The notes under the pieces were generated by a model, which did not search any database, was not told the DNA's origin, and saw only the letters and a list, made by a program, of their open reading frames with translations. The position numbers and the translations under genes are program-made. From contig OZ244561.1 in assembly GCA_965217585.1 (NCBI GenBank), forward strand, positions 3,584,001 to 3,648,000: a stretch of 64,000 nucleotides of DNA. The letters run 5' to 3'. The stretch comes from Candidatus Latescibacterota bacterium. GTDB lineage: Bacteria; Latescibacterota; UBA2968; UBA8231. Within the stretch, counting starts at the first letter, position 1; every line of letters begins with the position of its first letter. Shown here piece by piece: positions 28,436 through 36,762 of the stretch.

Positions 28436-31126
28436 ATGAACGCGGTTTTTCCCTTTAGCGAAGTAGCCCGACTGCCCATGCCCGGGGACAATGTGGCCAT
28501 TGCCACCCGGTGCTTGGAAGCGGGCACGGGCATCGACTGCAATGGCCAGCCGTTCGCGTTGTCCCACACAGTGATGGAAGGCCATCGCTTTGCCGTCGAG
28601 CCGATTGACCCCGGCCAGTTCCTGCTGTCGTGGCAACTGCCCTTTGGCGTGGCCGAGCGCGCCCTGAAGCCGGGCGACTACGCCTGCAACCAGAGTATGC
28701 TCGACGCATTGGGCATCCGGCAGTTGGACTTCGACCTGCCCGAGCAGGCCAATTTCGTCGATCGCATTGAGCCGTATCAACTAGATCCAGCGAATTTTCA
28801 GCCTGGGGTTGCGCTCGATCCGCATGAGGAGCGGCGGACCTTTCTCGGCTATGGTCGCTCTGGAGGACGGGGCGTGGGCACGCGCAATTATATCGTCGTC
28901 TTGGGCACGTCCTCGCGCACGGCCAGTTATGCCCGGCTGTTGGCCGAGCGCTGGAGCGGACGGTCGGCCGGCGATGGCGTGGTGCCGATTGCCCACACCG
29001 AGGGCGGCGGCTGGTCCGCGCCCAATAACCGCGAACTCTTATTGCGCACGCTGGCCGGCTTTGTCGTCCATCCCAACGTCGGCGCTGTGCTGGCGGTGGA
29101 CTACGGCAGCGAAGCCGTGACTAACAAAATGCTGTGGGAGTACATGGTGGCGCACGGCTACGCCCTCGACCACGTCCGGCACCGCTTTATGAGCTTGGAC
29201 GGCTCCTTTGAGGTGCGTTTGGCAGAGGGCGAGCGGCAAGTGGCCGCTTGGGCCGAGGAAATGGCGGGCGAGGAGCGGGGCGAGCACGACCTAAGCCATC
29301 TCAAGATTGCCTTGCAGTGCGGCGGCTCGGACGCTTTTTCGGGCATTTCGGGGAATCCGCTGGCCGCCTGGGTGGCGCGCGAGTTGATCCGCTACGGCGG
29401 CGCAGCCAACCTCGCCGAGACCGACGAGCTGATCGGTGCAGAACCGTACGTGCTGCAAAACGTCAAGGATGTGGAGACCGCGCGCACTTTTTTGCATATG
29501 GTCGAGCGCTTTAAGGAGCGGGTGTCGTGGCACGGTGCCTCCGCCGAGGGCAATCCCTCCGGAGGCAACAAATTTCGCGGACTCTACAATATCGTGCTCA
29601 AGTCCATTGGCGCGGCGCGCAAGCGCGATCCAGATGTGCGCTTGGACTACGCCATTGAGTACGGCGAGCCGCTCAAAGAGACTGGGTTCTACTTTATGGA
29701 CAGTCCGGGCAACGACTTGGAAAGCATTGCCGGGCAGGTGGCCAGCGGCTGCAACGCCATCTTCTTTGTCACGGGCAACGGTTCTATCACCAATTTCCCC
29801 TTTGTGCCGACGATCAAAATCGTCACCACCTCGGAGCGCTACCAGTTGCTGGCCGCGGATCTCGATGTCAATGCCGGGGCCTACTTGGATGGCACGCCGA
29901 TGGACGAGTTGGGTCAGGCGTTGTTCGAGCGCACTCTGCGGGTGGCCTCGGGCGAGCGCTCGCTGGGTGAGCGGGCCGGACACGCCCAAGTGTCCATCTG
30001 GCGCAACTGGCAACAGACCGATACTAGCCGACTGGAGGAACTGTTGGTCGCTCCCGCGCTCGAGGGCCAACCCGCGCCGGTGCGGCCCGAGGTCGGGCCA
30101 GTAGTGGCGTTCCCCATGCTGGACGGGGAGCGCGGGTCAGCTATCGATCAGGTGGGGTTGGTATTGCCCACTAGCCTGTGCGCTGGCCAGATCGCCCGCA
30201 TGTGCGCCGAGCGGCTCAATGCCCGGCAAGTGGGCCGCGAGCAGGGCCTGTCGCGCTTTGTCGCCTTGGTCCATACCGAGGGCTGTGGGTTGTCGTCGAG
30301 TGGTGCTACCGAGCAAATGCACTTGCGCACCATGATGGGGTACGCAGCACATCCACTGGCGGGGCGCGTTTTGCTGCTGGAGCACGGCTGCGAAAAGACG
30401 CACAACGACTACATGCGCAACGGCCTTGAGGAATGGGGTTTGGACCCGGCTGTTTTCGGCTGGGCTTCGGTGCAGTTGGACGGCGGCATTGTCAAGGCCA
30501 TGGACAAAGTCGAGGCGTGGTTCCGCCAAGCGCTGGCCGAGACGGAAGCGCCCGTCGCCGTGGAAGGTGGCTTGGGTGCCTTGCGCTTGGGGATGCAGGC
30601 AACTGGTGAGCTGGAGGAGGACGCGGCGCAATCTTTTGCCCAATTGACGCGCTGGGTGGTGACCGCGGGCGGCACCGTGGTCGTACCGCACAACGCGGCC
30701 CTGCTGCAGGAACCGGCGTATTTGGACTCCGTGTTAGTCGAGCCGTCGGACGCGGCGACGTTGCCCTATGGACAGGCGACCGTGGAGCCGGGTTTTTACA
30801 TCATGGAGACGCCCACCGACCACTGGGTGGAGACGGCTACTGGGCTGGGTGCCACGGGCGTGGACCTGATCCTGGCCCATAGCGGCGAGCATCCTTTACA
30901 GGGGCATCCCCTGATGCCGGTGGTGCAGGTGAGCGCGAATCCGACGGTAGCGGTGCTCTACGGCGATGATATTGATTTGGCGCTGACGGGTGCGGCGGAC
31001 GATTGGGCCGAGCAACTACTTGCTTTGTTAGCCGAGGTGGTGCGAGGCGAGCACGTTCCCGGTGCCTTGCAGCAGCGCAACGTCGATTTTCAACTAACGC
31101 GGGGTTTGTTGGGGGTTTCGACCTGA
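28436..31126 (+). CDS. uxaA: UxaA/GarD family dehydratase with a tandem second copy of the catalytic region
   Basis: SAF domain (DNVAIA, GHRFA), GTRNY, HPNVGAVL, LQCGGSDAFSG, MDSPGND. Second copy has HTEGCG and HGCEK. Confidence 0.8.
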   Translation: MNAVFPFSEVARLPMPGDNVAIATRCLEAGTGIDCNGQPFALSHTVMEGHRFAVEPIDPGQFLLSWQLPFGVAERALKPGDYACNQSMLDALGIRQLDFDLPEQANFVDRIEPYQLDPANFQPGVALDPHEERRTFLGYGRSGGRGVGTRNYIVVLGTSSRTASYARLLAERWSGRSAGDGVVPIAHTEGGGWSAPNNRELLLRTLAGFVVHPNVGAVLAVDYGSEAVTNKMLWEYMVAHGYALDHVRHRFMSLDGSFEVRLAEGERQVAAWAEEMAGEERGEHDLSHLKIALQCGGSDAFSGISGNPLAAWVARELIRYGGAANLAETDELIGAEPYVLQNVKDVETARTFLHMVERFKERVSWHGASAEGNPSGGNKFRGLYNIVLKSIGAARKRDPDVRLDYAIEYGEPLKETGFYFMDSPGNDLESIAGQVASGCNAIFFVTGNGSITNFPFVPTIKIVTTSERYQLLAADLDVNAGAYLDGTPMDELGQALFERTLRVASGERSLGERAGHAQVSIWRNWQQTDTSRLEELLVAPALEGQPAPVRPEVGPVVAFPMLDGERGSAIDQVGLVLPTSLCAGQIARMCAERLNARQVGREQGLSRFVALVHTEGCGLSSSGATEQMHLRTMMGYAAHPLAGRVLLLEHGCEKTHNDYMRNGLEEWGLDPAVFGWASVQLDGGIVKAMDKVEAWFRQALAETEAPVAVEGGLGALRLGMQATGELEEDAAQSFAQLTRWVVTAGGTVVVPHNAALLQEPAYLDSVLVEPSDAATLPYGQATVEPGFYIMETPTDHWVETATGLGATGVDLILAHSGEHPLQGHPLMPVVQVSANPTVAVLYGDDIDLALTGAADDWAEQLLALLAEVVRGEHVPGALQQRNVDFQLTRGLLGVST

Positions 31127-31276
31127 GTGGGGAGAGTGAGCGCTGATATCTTGGCGATTCAGTCACCCTGACCATCTACGATTAATCGAAGGCGGTTTGG
31201 TCAGGACTGCGATGATCTTTATATGACTGCCATAGGCCGCGCATTTGGTAATGTCGGTTCATGTAAGCCGTCGCGG

Positions 31277-32335
31277 TTATTGGATCCCAGAGAGGCCCCC
31301 GTGGAGATGCGAAAGAATCTTGTTTGTCTTGCTAGCAATTACACTGAGCGTCTCGTTGCAAAAGTCGAATTCCCACTTATAGGCTGTCACCGACTTGCCA
31401 GTTCTGTTAGGCGTCTTGCAGCCAGCAATAGGACATGATTCACACAACTCGACGAGGCAGGTACGGATCTCTTGCCAACGATCCCAACGCGCTGCGGTTT
31501 GTTCCTTAATGTCGGCTTTAAGGCGGAAGGTGTCCCCGTTGAATTCCCAGTAGAGTTCGATGGCATCGCTCCCAGAGTCCACTGGAATCCATCCCTTCTC
31601 CCAGTTCATAACAGGATTGTTATGGCCGCTATAGATAGCCCATCCTTGAAAGAGTCCATTTTCAAGATGTACTCGTAACTTGTCGTAGAACATGTAGAAG
31701 ACTGAGAAGCCGCGGGGGCGATAGCCAGTCTTGAGAAGGCGGGTATCCCCTGGACAGTCTAGCCCTGCAAGAGCCTCGTCTATCTGGATAGTGCGAGTGT
31801 GTTCCCCTTGTAGGGAAGCAATCCAATCATCATATACACGGCTCTTGCCCGCTATCGACAGACCCGAAAAAATTTCCAGCGCGCGAAGGAGATCTATCGC
31901 GTGAAATTTCTTTTTCTGAATGTCTTGTAACTGGTGCGTGAGGGTAAACTGACCTGCGCCAACTGCGAGGACGATGACCGAAAAGGGATCGTCCGGCTTC
32001 TGTTCAGAGAATGCCTCCGCACTCCTTGTGAGTTGGTCAACGCTCACATCTGAATCAGTCTTGCACTCAATCAAAAGATAAGTCTTTGTCCGATCTTCTC
32101 GGTTCAGCTCCAAGACAAGGTCTATGCGAAGTCGCCGACCAAATGAGTATTCCCGTATAGACTTCACCTCCGTGACGTTCATCTCCGGTAGAAAATCAGG
32201 TGCAAGCTTTGCAATGACCTCGGTTTGCTCAGCGAGTGGCAAAGGAGAACGCTCACTATCGAGTAACCATGCGATCATCCCAGTGTGGATCTTCTCAAGC
32301 TGGTAACCAACAATATCGACGAAGTTCTCTGCCAT
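31277..32335 (-). CDS. PD-(D/E)XK nuclease family protein
   Basis: EKIHTGMIAWLLD, REY, RIDLVL and LIECK motifs (PDDEXK_4-like). Visibly lower GC than the flanks. Confidence 0.7.
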   Translation of the reverse strand: MAENFVDIVGYQLEKIHTGMIAWLLDSERSPLPLAEQTEVIAKLAPDFLPEMNVTEVKSIREYSFGRRLRIDLVLELNREDRTKTYLLIECKTDSDVSVDQLTRSAEAFSEQKPDDPFSVIVLAVGAGQFTLTHQLQDIQKKKFHAIDLLRALEIFSGLSIAGKSRVYDDWIASLQGEHTRTIQIDEALAGLDCPGDTRLLKTGYRPRGFSVFYMFYDKLRVHLENGLFQGWAIYSGHNNPVMNWEKGWIPVDSGSDAIELYWEFNGDTFRLKADIKEQTAARWDRWQEIRTCLVELCESCPIAGCKTPNRTGKSVTAYKWEFDFCNETLSVIASKTNKILSHLHGGLSGIQ

Positions 32336-32429
32336 CTGACCCTTTTCCTGTTCGATGCCGCCTAGCTGTGGATGCCTTTTCTTTTTTTGCTCTTTGGTGT
32401 AGATATAATAAGGCTCGTGCTAGGTATAA

Positions 32430-32810
32430 TCAATCAGATGCCGCTTTGGCTTGCAGGTTAGCGGCCGGTACTATTTCGTTCGCAGAGACGGTGATATGAG
32501 CCACCTCCTCTACTTTGGGTCGGATCACAATATCAACATCCCGATCTAGTGCATTTAGGAAGGCCAAGAGCTTTTCAACGGAGAATTTATCGAACTGCCC
32601 TCTTTTCAGGTCGGAGACCCGTCCTTGGGCAATGCCGAGTAGGGTACCGGCGTCTTTTTGGGTTAGGCCGCTCTCCGCGATGATACCTAAAATTTTTGTG
32701 GCAATGCTTGCTTTTAATGACCACTCCTCTGGATTGTCATATCCTAAGTCAGCGTAAACGTTCGTCGATCCCTCATAGTACTCAGCATCGCCTACTTTTC
32801 TCCTCTTCAT
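32430..32810 (-). CDS. higA: XRE-family HTH antitoxin (HigA-like)
   Basis: STNVYADLG, LTQKDAGTLLGIAQGRVSDLKRG..FSVEKL. Coupled to the upstream toxin (ATGA overlap). Confidence 0.85.
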   Translation of the reverse strand: MKRRKVGDAEYYEGSTNVYADLGYDNPEEWSLKASIATKILGIIAESGLTQKDAGTLLGIAQGRVSDLKRGQFDKFSVEKLLAFLNALDRDVDIVIRPKVEEVAHITVSANEIVPAANLQAKAASD

Positions 32811-33166
32811 AGCGTTCTCCCCTCGGCTATTATTCTTGCTTGTTGAAGCCGCCGTGCAATGGTGGCTAATTCCTTTTTTGGAGTGGCAATGCCACGGGTG
32901 GATTTCTTCTGAAAGGTATGAAGTACATAGAGATGATCGTCTAAATTCACTACATAAACGGCTCGATAAGTGTCCGTTTGATAGCGGCTAACTATCTCCA
33001 TGACGCCTGCAAAACCCCTCAGAGGCTTTGCTTGGTCGTGCTTTCCTCCGGTTTGGGCAATCCATAGGGCATAGCCTATATCATTTTGAACCTCGCGGGG
33101 GAGGGCTATAAGATCATCATAGGAGGATCCCACCCAGACAATAGGCTTGATTAGCACATCGTTCAT
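32807..33166 (-). CDS. higB: RelE/ParE-superfamily toxin (HigB/phage Gp49-like)
   Basis: GYAL..AQ.G, KPLRG, TYRAVY, LHTFQKKST.GIATPK. Confidence 0.88.
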   Translation of the reverse strand: MNDVLIKPIVWVGSSYDDLIALPREVQNDIGYALWIAQTGGKHDQAKPLRGFAGVMEIVSRYQTDTYRAVYVVNLDDHLYVLHTFQKKSTRGIATPKKELATIARRLQQARIIAEGRTL

Positions 33167-33172
33167 AAAGAA

Positions 33173-33202
33173 ATTATATCAAATTTGATATGGACACGTC
33201 AA
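33173..33202 (-). promoter_or_regulatory. TA promoter with perfect palindromic operator, probably leaderless
   Basis: TTGACG-N18-TATAAT. ATATCAAATTTGATAT palindrome at 33176-33191. ATG lies 7 nt after the -10 box. Confidence 0.8.
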
Positions 33203-33307
33203 GCGGGTGGATTATCATCGAAAGGTTAGAGCTTGCCCTCGTTGACGCGGTCAGAGTGGCGTCCTTTAACAAGGGCCAATAAACGCTTGGGGCGTGCTGA
33301 GCTACTG

Positions 33308-34021
33308 CTAGGAATCCGCCTCTAAGCAGAGGGTGGCCCAGTTCTGGAAAAAGGTTCGTCCGTTGGCGTGGAGGGCGGGCAAGTGCTGGGCCGCGTCGGC
33401 CTTGATCTGCTCGCCGTCTAGCCCCTCCTCGCGTACCTCGTCGGCAAAAGCCCGGACCATATCGGCGATAATTTGCGTGGTAACTTCCATGTGGAAGAGG
33501 ACGCCATACGCCGCCCGGCCATAAGAAAACGCTTGGTAGGCGGTGCGGGCAGAAGAGGCCAGCGCAGTAGCTCCCTTGGGTAGATCGAAGATGTCGCCGT
33601 GCCAGTGATAGCCCATAAAGGATGGTTGCAGCCCGCCCATTAGCTGATCTTCGCTGGCAGCGGGCTTCCGCTGAATAGGATACCAGCCGATTTCTTTCTG
33701 CGGACCGCGGGCGACCCGAGCACCAAGAGCCGTGGCCAAAAGCTGGCTGCCTAGGCAAATGCCGAGTACGGGCTTGTCTTCTTTTAGGGCTTGGTCGATA
33801 AGGCGCATAGCCGCGTCCAGAAACGGGTAGCGATCGTGTTCGTACACGCCCATCGGACCCCCCAAGACCACTAGGCCGACAGCCTCGTCCATATAACGGG
33901 GGACCTCTTCGCTGGCAAAGGTATGGATGTAGGCGGGCGCGAGACCGCAGCCTTGGAACACTTGACCGGCGATCCCCAAGTTTTCCGGCTGCGCGTTTTG
34001 CAGGACCCATATTTTGTTCAT
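33308..34021 (-). CDS. class I glutamine amidotransferase
   Basis: LGGPMG, GICLGSQL, WHGD, FHME triad motifs. Confidence 0.9.
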   Translation of the reverse strand: MNKIWVLQNAQPENLGIAGQVFQGCGLAPAYIHTFASEEVPRYMDEAVGLVVLGGPMGVYEHDRYPFLDAAMRLIDQALKEDKPVLGICLGSQLLATALGARVARGPQKEIGWYPIQRKPAASEDQLMGGLQPSFMGYHWHGDIFDLPKGATALASSARTAYQAFSYGRAAYGVLFHMEVTTQIIADMVRAFADEVREEGLDGEQIKADAAQHLPALHANGRTFFQNWATLCLEADS

Positions 34022-34266
34022 TGTCGAGTCTCCTCCGCTATTTGGTCTACACTGCCCTGGAATACGGAGACCTCGAATCGGCCTAGTGCCGAGATGAATT
34101 CGCTGCGGGATAAACCCGAAATTTCGGCCGCTCGGCTTTGGGACACTAGCCCCATCTCGTACCATTTCACAGCGGCAGCCAAACGCAACTCTTGGGTGAA
34201 CCGCTCGGGATCTTTCCGTACCGACGAAAGTACATCCTCTGGCAGCTCAAAAGTAACCGTTACCAT
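34018..34266 (-). CDS. UPF0175 family protein
   Basis: ELRLAAAVKWYEMGLVSQSRAAEISGLSRSEF. Confidence 0.88.
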   Translation of the reverse strand: MVTVTFELPEDVLSSVRKDPERFTQELRLAAAVKWYEMGLVSQSRAAEISGLSRSEFISALGRFEVSVFQGSVDQIAEETRQ

Positions 34267-34331
34267 AGCATTTTCTCCTGATTGAGCCAGATACAGACTT
34301 GTGGAGCGCGATTTTCCGAAAAGCAAATCGT

Positions 34332-34502
34332 TCAGTCGTCTCTCGTCTGCTTATCTAAAATATATGCCTTAATCTGTTCCCAAGAACTGGATTCCCCAAC
34401 GGCAATTTTCCCACTAGTGCCGCAGTCGCCGAGCGGATCGTCAATCCAGCGGATGATCTTCCACAAGCCTTCTCCGCCAATAAAACGAATGAGACACTCC
34501 GT
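34332..34502 (-). pseudogene. 3' remnant of a secreted protein with a SWxQIK tail
   Basis: Start-less frame TECLIRFIGGEGLWKIIRWIDD...AVGESSSWEQIKAYILDKQTRDD*. Confidence 0.45.
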
Positions 34503-34505
34503 CTA

Positions 34506-35168
34506 TTACCGCTTCCGCGCCAGCGTCAACCCATCGCCAATCGACAGCAGGGACGCGGTCACCCGCTCGTCGGCGCGGATTTTGGCGTTGAGCGCGCGGA
34601 TCGCCACAGTGCTTTCGTCCTGCTCGTTGGCATCGGCGGGCCGCCCGCCCCACAGCACGTTGTCGATCAGGATCAATCCGCCCCGGCGCAAGAGTTGTAG
34701 GCAGCGCTCGTAATAGGCGTCGTAATTTTCCTTGTCCGCGTCGATAAAGGCCATGTCGAAGCAACCAGCTTCCCCGGCCGCGAGCATGCCGTCGAGGGTT
34801 GCTACCGCTGGCCCCAACCGCAATTCGATCTTGTCGGCCACGCCGGCTTCCTGCCAATAGCGCTGGGCAATGCGGGTAAATTCGTCGCTCACGTCGCAGG
34901 CGATTAGACGCCCGTCCGCTGGCAGGGCCAGCGCCATCGCGATGCTGCTGTAGCCAGTAAAGGTCCCCACCTCGACGATCCGCTTGGCGTCGATCAGCTC
35001 GACGAGCAGCCCCATGAACTGCCCCTGATCGGGCGAGATCTGCATTCCGCCCATAGGCATGGCTCTGGTCTCCTGCCGCAACCGCTTGAGCTCGTCTCGG
35101 TCGCGCAGCGAGTTGGCGAGGATGTAGTCGTAAATATGCGTTTCGATAAAACCGTTGCGAGAACTCAT
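34506..35168 (-). CDS. O-methyltransferase (caffeoyl-CoA/catechol OMT family)
   Basis: MQISPDQGQF, EVGTFTGYS, FIDADK, DNVLWGG, GDGLT. Confidence 0.92.
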   Translation of the reverse strand: MSSRNGFIETHIYDYILANSLRDRDELKRLRQETRAMPMGGMQISPDQGQFMGLLVELIDAKRIVEVGTFTGYSSIAMALALPADGRLIACDVSDEFTRIAQRYWQEAGVADKIELRLGPAVATLDGMLAAGEAGCFDMAFIDADKENYDAYYERCLQLLRRGGLILIDNVLWGGRPADANEQDESTVAIRALNAKIRADERVTASLLSIGDGLTLARKR

Positions 35169-35216
35169 GGGCCGACCTTTCGCAAAAGAGGATACAGGAA
35201 GTTGCGCCTAAGTAAG

Positions 35217-35564
35217 TCAAGATTGGAGTTTGGGATTTTCCGCGTGACGTTTGCGGTCGCGTCGGGTCTTCTTGGCCAGCGCACGCTGGAAGGATTCCTC
35301 CAAGTCGATCCCGGTCTGATTGGCGAGGCATATGAGGACGAAGAGCACGTCGGCCATCTCCATGCCGAGGTCGGCTTCCTCGCCCTCCTTAAAGCTCTGC
35401 TCGCCAAAGGTGCGGGCCATGATCCGCGCCAGCTCGCCGACTTCCTCCATCAGCACGGCCGTATTGGTCAGCTCTGAGAAGTAGCGCACGCCGACATCGG
35501 CGATCCACTCGTCCACCGCTCGCTGGCAGGCGCGGAGGGTGTGCTCAGGCGTGGGTTGGCTCAT
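35217..35564 (-). CDS. MazG-like nucleotide pyrophosphohydrolase (YpjD type)
   Basis: YFSELTN..LMEEVGELAR, EMADVLFVLICLANQTGIDL. Confidence 0.92.
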   Translation of the reverse strand: MSQPTPEHTLRACQRAVDEWIADVGVRYFSELTNTAVLMEEVGELARIMARTFGEQSFKEGEEADLGMEMADVLFVLICLANQTGIDLEESFQRALAKKTRRDRKRHAENPKLQS

Positions 35565-36672
35565 AGGGAACAGGTGCCAGACCGTCCTGCTGCCGTTGGG
35601 CATTGACATCGTCCAAGCGCCAGGGCACGGCCGATCCGTCGGTGCGAAAGCGCTTGTAGTAGCCGCCTTGGTTGAGGCGGGCGATGGGCATCAGCGGCGC
35701 GGTCGGTCGCAGCTCGGCTAGGCCTGTGCCATGGAGCGCCGTGCCGCTCGCGAGATCGACGACCTCGATTTCCCCAGGGTCAATGGTCCCCAGGCCGCGA
35801 GCGTGGGCGAATTGCAGGTAGGGGGTGGTCTGCGGATCGAGGCCCATCAGGTAGGTGGCGACTGCATCTACGTGAACCTCGTTGACGCCGGCCAAGGCCC
35901 AGCCGAGGGGGTAATTGGCTCCTTCGTTGAACGCCGTGCCGTCGCGGCCGACAAGGCCATCTACCACTGAAAGCCGCGGCATCCCCAGGCCGCGCAGCGC
36001 GACCAATAGATCGCAGAGCTTGTGATAGAAGCGGTCTTCAAAGAGGCTGAGGCCGCTCTCGGTCAGCCGCCACAGCTCCTCGGCGCAAGGCTCGTCCACC
36101 GCTTGGATCGCGCACAGATGCCGCTCGGGCTTGGCTATGATGCCCATCAGGTTTTTAATCGACAAGGTCGTGCAGCCCAAGTTGTGGCACTTGGCGAGGG
36201 GGACGTTAAAAAAGAAGGCGCAGTCGGTCACTTCTCGGTACAGGGGATAGCGCTCGTACACCACGCCGTCGGCGACCTCGACGACGCGGGAATCCTCGTC
36301 GGTGTTCATTTCTGCGAGCCGCACGCCCCGCTCCTCGGTCATGGCGCGATAGCCGCATAGTGCCCAAGTGTGCCCGGCCGCGGCATTTTCCCCGGACTGG
36401 CCATCGGCAACCACCATGCGCTCGGAGGGTACGCCGCGGTCGCGCAGGGCGTCGAGTAGGCCGCCGACAAATCCGGGGTGAGTGATGACGCGCTTTTCCG
36501 GTGGATAGAGTACGGTGGCGTTGGGCTTGAGCAAGATGGTGCCGGCGGCAGGTAGCGGCACCTCGAGGGCGGCGAGGGTGCGATAGGCCAACGCCCGATA
36601 GGTCGCAAAAGGAGCGTCGGCGCGGTCGATGGGCGAGCGCTCTAGATACACTGCGTCGGGGTGTGCGAGCAT
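35545..36672 (-). CDS. DUF362 domain protein
   Basis: ILLKPN, THP, NVPLAKCH...TLSIKNLMG, VVDG, VDAVAT.LMG. Confidence 0.88.
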   Translation of the reverse strand: MLAHPDAVYLERSPIDRADAPFATYRALAYRTLAALEVPLPAAGTILLKPNATVLYPPEKRVITHPGFVGGLLDALRDRGVPSERMVVADGQSGENAAAGHTWALCGYRAMTEERGVRLAEMNTDEDSRVVEVADGVVYERYPLYREVTDCAFFFNVPLAKCHNLGCTTLSIKNLMGIIAKPERHLCAIQAVDEPCAEELWRLTESGLSLFEDRFYHKLCDLLVALRGLGMPRLSVVDGLVGRDGTAFNEGANYPLGWALAGVNEVHVDAVATYLMGLDPQTTPYLQFAHARGLGTIDPGEIEVVDLASGTALHGTGLAELRPTAPLMPIARLNQGGYYKRFRTDGSAVPWRLDDVNAQRQQDGLAPVPYEPTHA

Positions 36673-36701
36673 GGTACTCTCCTATAGAGTGATAGACAAG
36701 C

Positions 36702-36736
36702 AAAAGCGGCCGAGAGCCACAAGCTCCCGACCGCTT
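36702..36736 (-). terminator. putative intrinsic terminator after murA
   Basis: Minus-strand hairpin AAGCGGTCGGGAGC-TTGTG-GCTCTCGGCCGCTT with a short T tail. Confidence 0.5.
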
Positions 36737-36762
36737 ACTTAGCGTTGGGTGCGCAATGCGCC

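Noticed and set aside
31147-31185. Possible FlgD-domain remnant (DSVTLTIYD*) at the islet boundary
   Set aside because: Only about 9 codons of similarity, too short to distinguish from chance.
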